64,000 nucleotides of DNA from an uncultured Ilumatobacter sp. (GTDB lineage: Bacteria > Actinomycetota > Acidimicrobiia > Acidimicrobiales > Ilumatobacteraceae), in contig CAJQPY010000003.1 of assembly GCA_905480335.1 (NCBI GenBank), positions 161,457 through 225,456 on the forward strand. Direction: 5' to 3'. The notes beneath the pieces are model-generated. The model worked only from the letters and a program-made list of their open reading frames with translations, did no database searches and was not told where the DNA came from. Made by a program: the position numbers and the translations under genes. Shown piece by piece: positions 50,292-58,900 of the stretch (position 1 is its first letter; each line of letters starts with the position of its first letter).

Positions 50292-51836
50292 CTAAAGGAA
50301 CAGCTTGTATGCGGGGTTGCCAGTCTCGTCCCAGTGGCGGTAACCGAGCTCGGCAAGGAAATCGGTGAAGGCAATGCGATCGGCCTCTGGCACCTGCATC
50401 CCGACCAGCACCCGTCCGCTGTCGGAGCCGTGGTTGCGGTAGTGGAACAGGGAGATGTTCCAGTCAGGTTGCATCGCCTGGAGGAACCCGATCAACGCCC
50501 CAGGACGCTCAGGAAACTCGAATCGCAGGAGCAGTTCGTCGGACGCGAGTACAGACTTCCCGCCGACTAGATGACGAAGGTGGACCTTGGCCAGTTCGTC
50601 GTCCGTGAGATCAAGTGTTGCGAATCCCTCAGCACGGAAGATGGCCGCTACTGCGTCTGCCTCGTCACGTGATGTCACGCTGACACCGACGAAGACGTGA
50701 GCTTCTCGCTCGTCGCTGATCCGGTAGTTGAACTCGGTGACGTTGCGATGGTCGACGAGCTCGCAGAAACGTCGGAAGCTGCCGGGCTGTTCGGGCACGG
50801 TAACCGCGAACACCGCTTCGCGACGTTCACCGATCTCGGCGCGCTCCGATACGAACCGTAACCGGTCGAAGTTCATGTTTGCTCCGCACGCGATTGCCAC
50901 GAGGGTCTCGTCGCTGACGCCGGTCGAGGCGACGTACTGTTTCATCCCGGCGATCGCAAGGGCTCCGGCCGGCTCGAGCAACGTCCGGGTGTCGGTGAAC
51001 ACATCCTTGATCGCCGCGCATGTCTCATCGGTGTCGACAATCAAAATGTCGTCGACGTGCTCCTGCACCAGTCGGAAGGGCTCAATTCCGACTGACTTCA
51101 CGGCGGTGCCGTCGGAGAACAGCCCCACCCCAGAAAGCTCAACCCGTTCACCGGCTGCGATCGAACGTGCCATTGCGTCAGACTCGACGTGTTGAACACC
51201 GATCACCTTGATGCCGGGTCGGACTCTTTTCACATACGTGGAAATTCCGGCGATCAATCCCCCGCCACCGATGGCCACGAAAATCGCGTGGATCGGACGG
51301 CCGTGCTGTCGAAGGACCTCCATCGCAATTGTACCCTGCCCTGCGATCACGTCGGGATCATCAAACGGGTGCACGAAAGTGAGGCCGAGGTCGTGCATCA
51401 GCTCCTGCGCATGTTCGTAGGCCTCAGAGTATGACTCGCCGTGGAGCACTATCTCGGCGCCCCGCGCAGCCACAGCGTTGACTTTGAGCTCTGGCGCCGT
51501 CGTCGGCATCACGATCACCGCCCGGCAGCCGAGCTCGTTCGCTGCGAGCGCCACACCCTGCGCATGGTTCCCAGCAGACGACGCTATTACGCCACGTGCT
51601 CGCTGCTCCTCAGTGAGATGGGCCATCTTGTTGTACGCACCGCGCAACTTGAAGGAGAAGACCTCCTGCAGATCCTCGCGTTTGAGCAGAACGCGGTTGT
51701 CAAGCCGGCGGCTTAGGTCGGGGGCGGGTTCGAGCGGCGTCTCGATTGCGACGTCGTACACGTGCGCGTTGAGAATTCTCGGAAGGTAATCGATCCTCTC
51801 GTCGTTAGACGATGGATCACTGATCGGTGACACCAT
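50292..51836 (-). CDS. ilvA: threonine ammonia-lyase, biosynthetic
   Basis: 514-aa ORF with PLP lysine motif SFKLRGAYN, a GGGGL loop and two C-terminal ACT-like regulatory repeats. Confidence 0.92.
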   Translation of the reverse strand: MVSPISDPSSNDERIDYLPRILNAHVYDVAIETPLEPAPDLSRRLDNRVLLKREDLQEVFSFKLRGAYNKMAHLTEEQRARGVIASSAGNHAQGVALAANELGCRAVIVMPTTAPELKVNAVAARGAEIVLHGESYSEAYEHAQELMHDLGLTFVHPFDDPDVIAGQGTIAMEVLRQHGRPIHAIFVAIGGGGLIAGISTYVKRVRPGIKVIGVQHVESDAMARSIAAGERVELSGVGLFSDGTAVKSVGIEPFRLVQEHVDDILIVDTDETCAAIKDVFTDTRTLLEPAGALAIAGMKQYVASTGVSDETLVAIACGANMNFDRLRFVSERAEIGERREAVFAVTVPEQPGSFRRFCELVDHRNVTEFNYRISDEREAHVFVGVSVTSRDEADAVAAIFRAEGFATLDLTDDELAKVHLRHLVGGKSVLASDELLLRFEFPERPGALIGFLQAMQPDWNISLFHYRNHGSDSGRVLVGMQVPEADRIAFTDFLAELGYRHWDETGNPAYKLFL

Positions 51837-51898
51837 CTCCTCAGTCTGGCCGCTTGCCCGTACCTGCCCCCGGACATTCGTTTACTAGCGTAGATCCC

Positions 51899-52783
51899 GT
51901 GAAGCTCGGACTCGCCTTTGCCAACACCGGACCCTTCGCCGAGGCGGACGGCGTCGTGCAGATGGCTGTGGCCGCCGAGCGTGTAGGCGTCGAATCGGTC
52001 TGGACCGTCGAACACGTCATCTGGCCGAGCATCTACGACTCAGAATATCCGTACTCCCCCACCGGAAAGATGCCCGGCAACAAGACCTCACCGATCCCAG
52101 ATCCGTTGGTGTGGCTGTCGTTCGTAGCTGCGCACACGTCAAAGCTGCAACTCGGCACAGGCATCGTTATTCTCCCCGAACGCAACCCTGTCGTGTTCGC
52201 AAAGGAGGTCGCCACACTCGACCGCCTGTCGAAGGGCCGGATGCAACTCGGGATCGGCGTCGGCTGGCTTGAGGAGGAGTTCGATGCACTCGGGATTTCC
52301 TGGGCCCGGCGGGGTGCCCGCACCGATGAGTACATCCACGCGATGCGCGAACTCTGGAGCGGCGACGACGCATCGTACGACGGCGAGTTTGTGTCGTTCG
52401 CCAATGTGTCATCGAACCCGAAACCCGATGGCGGAACCGTCCCGTTCGTAGTCGGCGGCCACTCCACTGCCGCAGCAAAGCGTGCCGGACGGCTCGGCAA
52501 CGGTTTCTTTCCCGGCAAAGGCTCGATCGCCGAACTCACAGAGATGATCGACATCGTCCATCAGACTGCGGCCGCTCACGACCGCGACCCTGACGTAATC
52601 GAAATCACCGCAGCCCACCCCGGGCTGTTCGGCGGCGACCCGATCGGCGCGGCGCAGGAACTGGCGTCGATCGGCGTGCGCCGCACCATTGCCCCGGCGT
52701 TCATGTTGTTCGGGGGCGGAGGTGTCGAGGCTCAGGCCGCCGAACTGGCAGAAAAGATCATCGCGCCCATCGCCGAAGTCTGA
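51899..52783 (+). CDS. LLM-class (luciferase-like) F420-dependent oxidoreductase
   Basis: The GTG at 51899 gives MKLGLAFANTGPF...ESVWTVEHV..., an LLM TIM-barrel pattern. The earlier ORF-track start overlaps ilvA. Confidence 0.65.
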   Translation: MKLGLAFANTGPFAEADGVVQMAVAAERVGVESVWTVEHVIWPSIYDSEYPYSPTGKMPGNKTSPIPDPLVWLSFVAAHTSKLQLGTGIVILPERNPVVFAKEVATLDRLSKGRMQLGIGVGWLEEEFDALGISWARRGARTDEYIHAMRELWSGDDASYDGEFVSFANVSSNPKPDGGTVPFVVGGHSTAAAKRAGRLGNGFFPGKGSIAELTEMIDIVHQTAAAHDRDPDVIEITAAHPGLFGGDPIGAAQELASIGVRRTIAPAFMLFGGGGVEAQAAELAEKIIAPIAEV

Positions 52784-52810
52784 GCGCTCTGTTTCATTGG
52801 CTCCGACGCG

Positions 52811-54067
52811 TCAGCCCTTGGCGCGACCGGTGTAGCCGAACAACTTGCCGGCCACCTTGCGGATCTGGATTTCATCGGACCCTTCGGTGATGCGGTACCG
52901 CCGGTGGTGCCGATAGATGTGCTCAAACGGCATCGCCCGGTTGTAGCCCTGGCCGCCACACGTCTGCATCGCCTGGTCGGCCGCATTGCAGCAGAAGCGG
53001 TTGGCGCGGTAATTGCACATTGCGACTTTGTCGGTGATCTCCATGTGGTCAACCCCTGCGTCAAGTTGCCACGCGGTCTTCTGGATCAGTGCTCGCAACA
53101 TCTCGGCCTCAGCGGCGAGGTCGGCGAGCGGGAACTGAATCGCCTGATTCGTCGACAGCCGCTTGCCAAACGTGGTGCGTTCGTTGGCGTAGTCAACTGC
53201 GAGGTCGATGCAGTGCAACCCGGCGCCAAGTGACGATGCCGCCTGGCGGATGCGGTTCTCGTGAACAAACAGCTGCGCCGTCTGCAGGCCGAGACCTTCC
53301 TCGCCGAGGATGTCGTCGTTCCCCACGCGCACTTCGGTCAACCGAACATGAGCATGATCGGTGGGCATGTTGAAGGTCCACATGAACTCCTCAATCTCGA
53401 AACCAGGTGAGTCGGTCGGTGTGATGAAACAGGTGATACCACGTCCGTCTCCGGGTTCACCCGATGTCCTTGCAAAGATGTAGTCGTGGGTGGCGTGATG
53501 CAGCCCAGTGTTCCAGTATTTCTCGCCGCTGATCACCCACTCGTCGCCGTCGCGAACAGCAGTCGTCTCCATCCACGTGGCATCCGAGCCGTGCAGCGGT
53601 TCGGTGAGCCCGAACCCAATCCGGGCTGTCCCGCCGAGCATTTTCGGGATCCACTGCTCCTGCTGAGCCGCAGACCCGTACTTCTCCATCATCAAGACCG
53701 TGACGAGGTTGCCGACGATGGAACTCTCGTTCTGTAGGTCGTTGTGAAGACCCAATCCTTTACGAGCGAGATGCTCGCGCACGATCGCCATCTCCAGATT
53801 TGAGCCATTCTTGCCACCGAAGCGTTCGGGGAGTTGATACCGGTAGAAGCCGGCCTCGTCGGCCGCCACACGCATCTTTCGCAACAACGCCTCCCACTCG
53901 GCGTTTGGCAGCCCATTGCGGTCCCAGTCGGTTCGGGAGTCCTCACGGCGATGATCGAAGAACCGCATGTTGTCGTCTTCGGCTTCCATCGGCTTGATCG
54001 TCAACTCGATGAACGCGTCAAGGTCGTCAAGCAACTGTTGAGTCGATTCGGGCATTGCGAAATCCAT
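52811..54067 (-). CDS. acyl-CoA dehydrogenase
   Basis: 418-aa ORF with ACAD N/M/C domain pattern (GLTEPLHGSDA, QTCGGQGY, ITEGSDEIQ). Confidence 0.88.
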   Translation of the reverse strand: MDFAMPESTQQLLDDLDAFIELTIKPMEAEDDNMRFFDHRREDSRTDWDRNGLPNAEWEALLRKMRVAADEAGFYRYQLPERFGGKNGSNLEMAIVREHLARKGLGLHNDLQNESSIVGNLVTVLMMEKYGSAAQQEQWIPKMLGGTARIGFGLTEPLHGSDATWMETTAVRDGDEWVISGEKYWNTGLHHATHDYIFARTSGEPGDGRGITCFITPTDSPGFEIEEFMWTFNMPTDHAHVRLTEVRVGNDDILGEEGLGLQTAQLFVHENRIRQAASSLGAGLHCIDLAVDYANERTTFGKRLSTNQAIQFPLADLAAEAEMLRALIQKTAWQLDAGVDHMEITDKVAMCNYRANRFCCNAADQAMQTCGGQGYNRAMPFEHIYRHHRRYRITEGSDEIQIRKVAGKLFGYTGRAKG

Positions 54068-54576
54068 ACGCCGACCGTAGTGATCGGCCTTGCGTCAGGT
54101 CCGACGGAGCCCACCAACCGAGCGAGTGGGCCGCCCGATTCCGCCTTACTCGGACCCAGTCACGCCGGAGTCCGAGAAAGCGGATCAAGAATCACCCCTG
54201 GACTGACCGAAACGCAACCACAGCAGCGGCGCAGGGTCGGGCTCGACCCATTCGACTCACGCCGTTGTGTCGAACAACAACGCTCGCGTTCGATGATCGA
54301 GAGGTGCTGTGTCGTGCAGCATGGAGCGACGAACACCTGACCGAGGCTCGCTACCGCTCCGACGTAGTAGCGGGTCGGTGTCTCGTGGTACCCCGACGTG
54401 GTCGTGTTTTCGACACCGGTTTCATGGTTTTAGGCGCGGATCACACTTCGAGAAGGTCGAACATTTTCAACAGGTCCGGCACGCGGGCGTTGCATGGAAC
54501 ACGACAGGATGCGCCTCGTGGGTCCAGCCGGCTCTCGGCAGCGTCTGATCGCCTGATTCGTGGAATGTGTACCGAC

Positions 54577-56220
54577 TCACACGTAGGTCGATCCCTTCAT
54601 GCCATCAATGTCTTTGCGCATCTCGACATTGACCAGCGCAGGCTTTCCCGATGCGAATGCCCGCTCCAGGGCAGGCACGATCGCGTCCGGTTCGGTGACG
54701 TGCTCCCCGTGGCCACCAAGCGCCTCAACCACCTTGTCGTAGCGGGTGTAACTGAGCTCGGTAGCAACGAGACGATCTGGCCCGTAGATCATTGCCTGGG
54801 GCCGCATCATCTGCCCCCACGCTGCATCGTTGCCGACAATGCCGACAATTGGTAGTCCGAAGCGAACGGCCGTGTCGAACTCGAAACCATTCAACCCGAA
54901 CGCGCCGTCACCGTAAACGATCAGTACGCGCTGGTTCGGGAGCGAGAGCTGCGCCGCAAGGGCGAACGGCATACCGACACCAAGCGTTCCGAGTGGTCCT
55001 GGATCCATCCATGTTCCGTGCTCGGGAACCTTGATGACCTTCGACGCCTGCGCAACAATGTCGCCACCATCGCCGATCACGATCATCTCGTCGTTGGTTG
55101 CGATGAAATCGGCGATCCCGCGACAGAGGCGCATCGGGTCGATTGGGACTTCGTCGGAGTCGAGTTGGCTCGCCAAGGTCTGCTCGGCAGCATTCTCGAT
55201 CTCGCGAAGTGCCGCCGAATGTGCGGAGTAGTCAACTCCTCCCCTTCTTTCAATCCCCTCGCAGAGCGCGTCGAGATTGGCACCAAGGTTGCCGACGAGA
55301 CCGACGTCGGCCGAACGGTTCTGGCCGATCAACGTCTCGTCGAGGTCGAGTTGCACAATCTTCGCGTCTGCCGGAATCGATCCGCCGTACTTCATCCGAA
55401 AGTCAAGTGGGGTACCGGCCAGCACGACCAAGTCGGCCTGAGCAAGCGCATCTCTGCGGCTCCGGTTGAAGAACTGCGGGTGGCTCATCGACAGTTGCCC
55501 ACGCGCCATCCCATTCGCGTACGCAGGGATAACAGTCGCCTCGACAAACCGTTGAAGCGCCGGCCCTCCCTCGGACCATTTCAGCGCAGTTCCGGCCATA
55601 ACCATCGGATTCGTTGCCCTGCACACCATGTCTGCTGCCTGATCGATCAGTACGGAAGGCGCTGTGGACGCTACGCGATAGTCACGGAACCGAGGCATCT
55701 CGATGGTGTCGAGGTCAAGCGGCGAGTGGAGCACGTCCATCGGAATCTCAAGGAACGCTGGGCCAGGCACGCCCGAAAGCGCATGGCGAATCGCGAGCTC
55801 GACGTACTCGCCGAGGCGGGCAGCCTCGAAGCAGGCATCGGCCCACTTGGTTATCGGCTTCATCACCGACACGTGGTCCATCTCCTGCAGTGAACCGCGA
55901 CGCAGGTTGTTGAACGGACCCTGACCGCCAATCACCAGGATCGGTGAGTTCGCCCGCCATGCGTTGGCAACACCGGTAACGCCGTCGGTCACGCCCGGGC
56001 CAGCGGTCAGGATCGCCACCCCGACGCGTCCGGGGTTAAGCCGGGCCCATGCGTCAGCCGCATGAGCAGCAGCCTGCTCATGGCGGACGTCGATGACATT
56101 GATCCCCTCGTCAAGGCATCCGTCATAGATCCCCATCACATGCCCGCCCGATAGCGTAAATACGCACTCAACACCGGCGGCTTTTAACGCCTTTGCAACC
56201 AGCCGACCACCGTGGCTCAT
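54577..56220 (-). CDS. thiamine-diphosphate-dependent enzyme (acetolactate synthase/oxalyl-CoA decarboxylase/2-hydroxyacyl-CoA lyase-like)
   Basis: 547-aa ORF with an N-terminal Pyr domain (VRHEQAAAHAADAWAR) and the TPP motif GDGAFG...GND. Confidence 0.8.
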   Translation of the reverse strand: MSHGGRLVAKALKAAGVECVFTLSGGHVMGIYDGCLDEGINVIDVRHEQAAAHAADAWARLNPGRVGVAILTAGPGVTDGVTGVANAWRANSPILVIGGQGPFNNLRRGSLQEMDHVSVMKPITKWADACFEAARLGEYVELAIRHALSGVPGPAFLEIPMDVLHSPLDLDTIEMPRFRDYRVASTAPSVLIDQAADMVCRATNPMVMAGTALKWSEGGPALQRFVEATVIPAYANGMARGQLSMSHPQFFNRSRRDALAQADLVVLAGTPLDFRMKYGGSIPADAKIVQLDLDETLIGQNRSADVGLVGNLGANLDALCEGIERRGGVDYSAHSAALREIENAAEQTLASQLDSDEVPIDPMRLCRGIADFIATNDEMIVIGDGGDIVAQASKVIKVPEHGTWMDPGPLGTLGVGMPFALAAQLSLPNQRVLIVYGDGAFGLNGFEFDTAVRFGLPIVGIVGNDAAWGQMMRPQAMIYGPDRLVATELSYTRYDKVVEALGGHGEHVTEPDAIVPALERAFASGKPALVNVEMRKDIDGMKGSTYV

Positions 56221-56274
56221 GATTCGGGCTCCCTCTGCTCCATTATGCGACCGTAGTAGCTAAACAAAATGGAG

Positions 56275-58125
56275 TCAGGCGGCGCAGTGGTTGAGCCAAG
56301 CCCATTCGAGCTGACGAGCAACGTCACAGATGCAGCCGTGATGCGCTGCTTTTTCATCGTGTTGCGCGACGAGTCCGCCGATGGACACGGCGCCGGTAAC
56401 CCGGCTCGCACCCGCAGCAACCGGATGCCAGCGCCCCTCGAAAAAGGTGCCGATAACTTCGATGCCGTCGATTTCCGCCGGGTCAGCATCGAGCGGATTC
56501 CGGTCGACAACGGTGAAGCTTGCGAGCTTGCCCGGTTCAATCGAGCCAAGTTCGTGCTCGCGTCGCCACGAGTGGGCCGCTCCAAGGGTGACAGCGTGCA
56601 GCGCCTCGGCGATGGTGACGCGCTGCTCGGGCCCTGCGACCCGACCCGACGGCGTGACCCTGTTGACGGCACATGACATCATCCCGATCGGATCGCTCCG
56701 GCCCATCGGCAGGTCAGAGTGGAACGACAGCGGGATATGGCGATCGAGCACCGAGCGATGCCTCGTCATCACATCGGCTCGTTCCGGACCGAGACCGACT
56801 TCACCGAACTTGTCAGCAAATCCGACCGGGTAGTACGGGTTCGTGCTGACGATGCAGCCGAGGCGCGCTATGCGATCAACCTGCTCCTCGGTCGAATTCG
56901 CAAAATGAACGATCACCGTCCGATGGTCGGACCTCGGATGCTCTGCCATCCGACGCTCGATCGTATCGAGCACCATCTCCAAGCCGGCGTCGCCGTTGAC
57001 ATGGATGTGAATCTGAAAGCCCGCATCCCAGTAGAGCTTCGAGCGCTCCTCGAACATGCTTGGCGGCATGATCCACTCCCCGTGGTGGTCCGGGTTCGGG
57101 TCGCCCGCCCGGTCGAGGTACGGCTCTTGCATCTGCATCAGCTGACTGATGATCGCGCCGTCAGCAAACAGCTTGACCTGCTTCTCGAAGAACGACAGCT
57201 TCCCGCCAGGCGCCATCTCGAACTCCCTCTGAGCCCGCGCCAGCGTGTCATCGTGAGACATCCCGGCCTCAGCAGGCCCGCGACCATCGGTAATAAAGTA
57301 CGACGCAAAGGGCGTGTCGTCGTCGCCCAGGATTTGCTCGTACAGACCCCACGACCCAGGGACCAGGATCGCACCCGGCTCGTTGAACGCTGTCACTCCG
57401 TTCTGGTGCAAGTAGCGGACCATCTGCTTTAGGCCACGAGCGAATCGCTTCGGCTCGAAGAGCAGCGGCGCAACGAGAGGGAAGACCAATGCAAAGGCGC
57501 CGCGCTCCCAGAAGTGACCCAACGCAACATCGGAGGTTGCCGCCACGTCGGCCTCGAGGCCCCCGTGCGCGACCTCTGCCGCCAGATCTCTGTCGAGTAG
57601 TCCGAGCACTCGCAACGCTGCCGTGTTGAAGTAGAACTCGTGGCACGATCGTTGCCACACCCCAATGGGTCGCGTTGCCGAGACGGTGTCGAGGACGTCC
57701 CGACTCAAATCCCCGTGCCACAGAGCGTGATAACCCCACGAAAACAGCCAAGCGTCGTCCGCTGCGGTAACCATCGCAGCGTCGGCCGCACGGAGACGCG
57801 CAACATACTCTGCATGCGAATTCGCTGCTCGGAAGGTGCGATCGGGGAGCACCCAGTCCTCGGTGGCAATGACCTCGGTCGCAAGCGTCGTCGCACCGAG
57901 GATTGGGTGCAAATGTTGGTCGATCAATCCAGGTAGCACAACACGATCCGCCAGGGACCGATCGACCTCATATGCCTCGGTTCCGATTGCCGCTATAACA
58001 TCGTCGAACTTACCGACAGCCACGATTCGCTCGCCCCGCACGGCAACGGCATCAGCGTGCGGTTGACGATCATTCATCGTGACGATGGTTGCGGCTCGGT
58101 GAACGGTGATCATGTCCGACGTCAT
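56275..58125 (-). CDS. amidohydrolase-family metallohydrolase (Amidohydro_3/YtcJ-like)
   Basis: 616-aa ORF with metal-binding PGLIDQHLHP near the N-terminus and HVNGD, HFAN, FHSD downstream. Confidence 0.75.
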   Translation of the reverse strand: MTSDMITVHRAATIVTMNDRQPHADAVAVRGERIVAVGKFDDVIAAIGTEAYEVDRSLADRVVLPGLIDQHLHPILGATTLATEVIATEDWVLPDRTFRAANSHAEYVARLRAADAAMVTAADDAWLFSWGYHALWHGDLSRDVLDTVSATRPIGVWQRSCHEFYFNTAALRVLGLLDRDLAAEVAHGGLEADVAATSDVALGHFWERGAFALVFPLVAPLLFEPKRFARGLKQMVRYLHQNGVTAFNEPGAILVPGSWGLYEQILGDDDTPFASYFITDGRGPAEAGMSHDDTLARAQREFEMAPGGKLSFFEKQVKLFADGAIISQLMQMQEPYLDRAGDPNPDHHGEWIMPPSMFEERSKLYWDAGFQIHIHVNGDAGLEMVLDTIERRMAEHPRSDHRTVIVHFANSTEEQVDRIARLGCIVSTNPYYPVGFADKFGEVGLGPERADVMTRHRSVLDRHIPLSFHSDLPMGRSDPIGMMSCAVNRVTPSGRVAGPEQRVTIAEALHAVTLGAAHSWRREHELGSIEPGKLASFTVVDRNPLDADPAEIDGIEVIGTFFEGRWHPVAAGASRVTGAVSIGGLVAQHDEKAAHHGCICDVARQLEWAWLNHCAA

Positions 58126-58829
58126 TGATCAGGCAGCCGTCGAGGCGAGTAAACGTTCAGTGTCGGGATCGATTGTCGGAGAGAACGCGCCACGCAGGTA
58201 CCACGGCGACACGAAGTGCGACCACGCGCGAGCCGGTCGGCAATCGCCGCTGAGTTGAGCCCGACCCAGCGGCTCCGAAAAATCCAGACGTTTGCTCTGG
58301 TGGCGGTGCGCGGAACCAAGCAGGCCTGCCAACTGACCACGCCATCTATGCGTGAATAGCTCGACGTGTTGGGAATGGTGACGGGCGGACGGTACAAATC
58401 GCGCACCTCTTGTCCGAAGTCTGATGAGTGACACCGACTCAATGCCTCCCACGTGGGTCGGGCGGTTGGGGCGTCCTCTTCGAGCATCTGGATGTGACTG
58501 TCGCGCGCTACCACTTGACATACGACGTCGGTCCGGGCATGGGCCAAGTCTCGCGCATGTATCCCACCGAGGCTGCAGCCTACGATTGGCACCGGTCCCT
58601 TGCGCCGCTGATACGTCTGGTCGAGCTTGCCGACGAGGCCCTCCAAGATGCGGCGCATCCGACCGACGTTGACGCCCAGATCCCAACGGTAGGTCCGGTA
58701 GTCGAGTTGGCGGAGCAGGTTGCGCAGCGGGTCGGTCGACCGGTCACTCGCTGAGAACCCCGGCAGAACCAAAACTCGGTGCCCGTTGCTCGTCGGAAGC
58801 CGCCGCAACAGGAGAAGCATCGCCGACAT
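58122..58829 (-). CDS. alpha/beta hydrolase-fold protein
   Basis: 235-aa ORF with VLVLPGF, nucleophile elbow VGCSLGG and IADRLA near the C-terminus. It overlaps the amidohydrolase start by 4 nt. The middle segment looks divergent. Confidence 0.55.
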   Translation of the reverse strand: MSAMLLLLRRLPTSNGHRVLVLPGFSASDRSTDPLRNLLRQLDYRTYRWDLGVNVGRMRRILEGLVGKLDQTYQRRKGPVPIVGCSLGGIHARDLAHARTDVVCQVVARDSHIQMLEEDAPTARPTWEALSRCHSSDFGQEVRDLYRPPVTIPNTSSYSRIDGVVSWQACLVPRTATRANVWIFRSRWVGLNSAAIADRLARGRTSCRRGTCVARSLRQSIPTLNVYSPRRLPDQ

Positions 58830-58900
58830 CTATGCACGCTCGCCAAGCGACCTGAACTCAAACGCAGTCATCCGGGGAGAAGGTGCCGCAAGTTTTCCAT

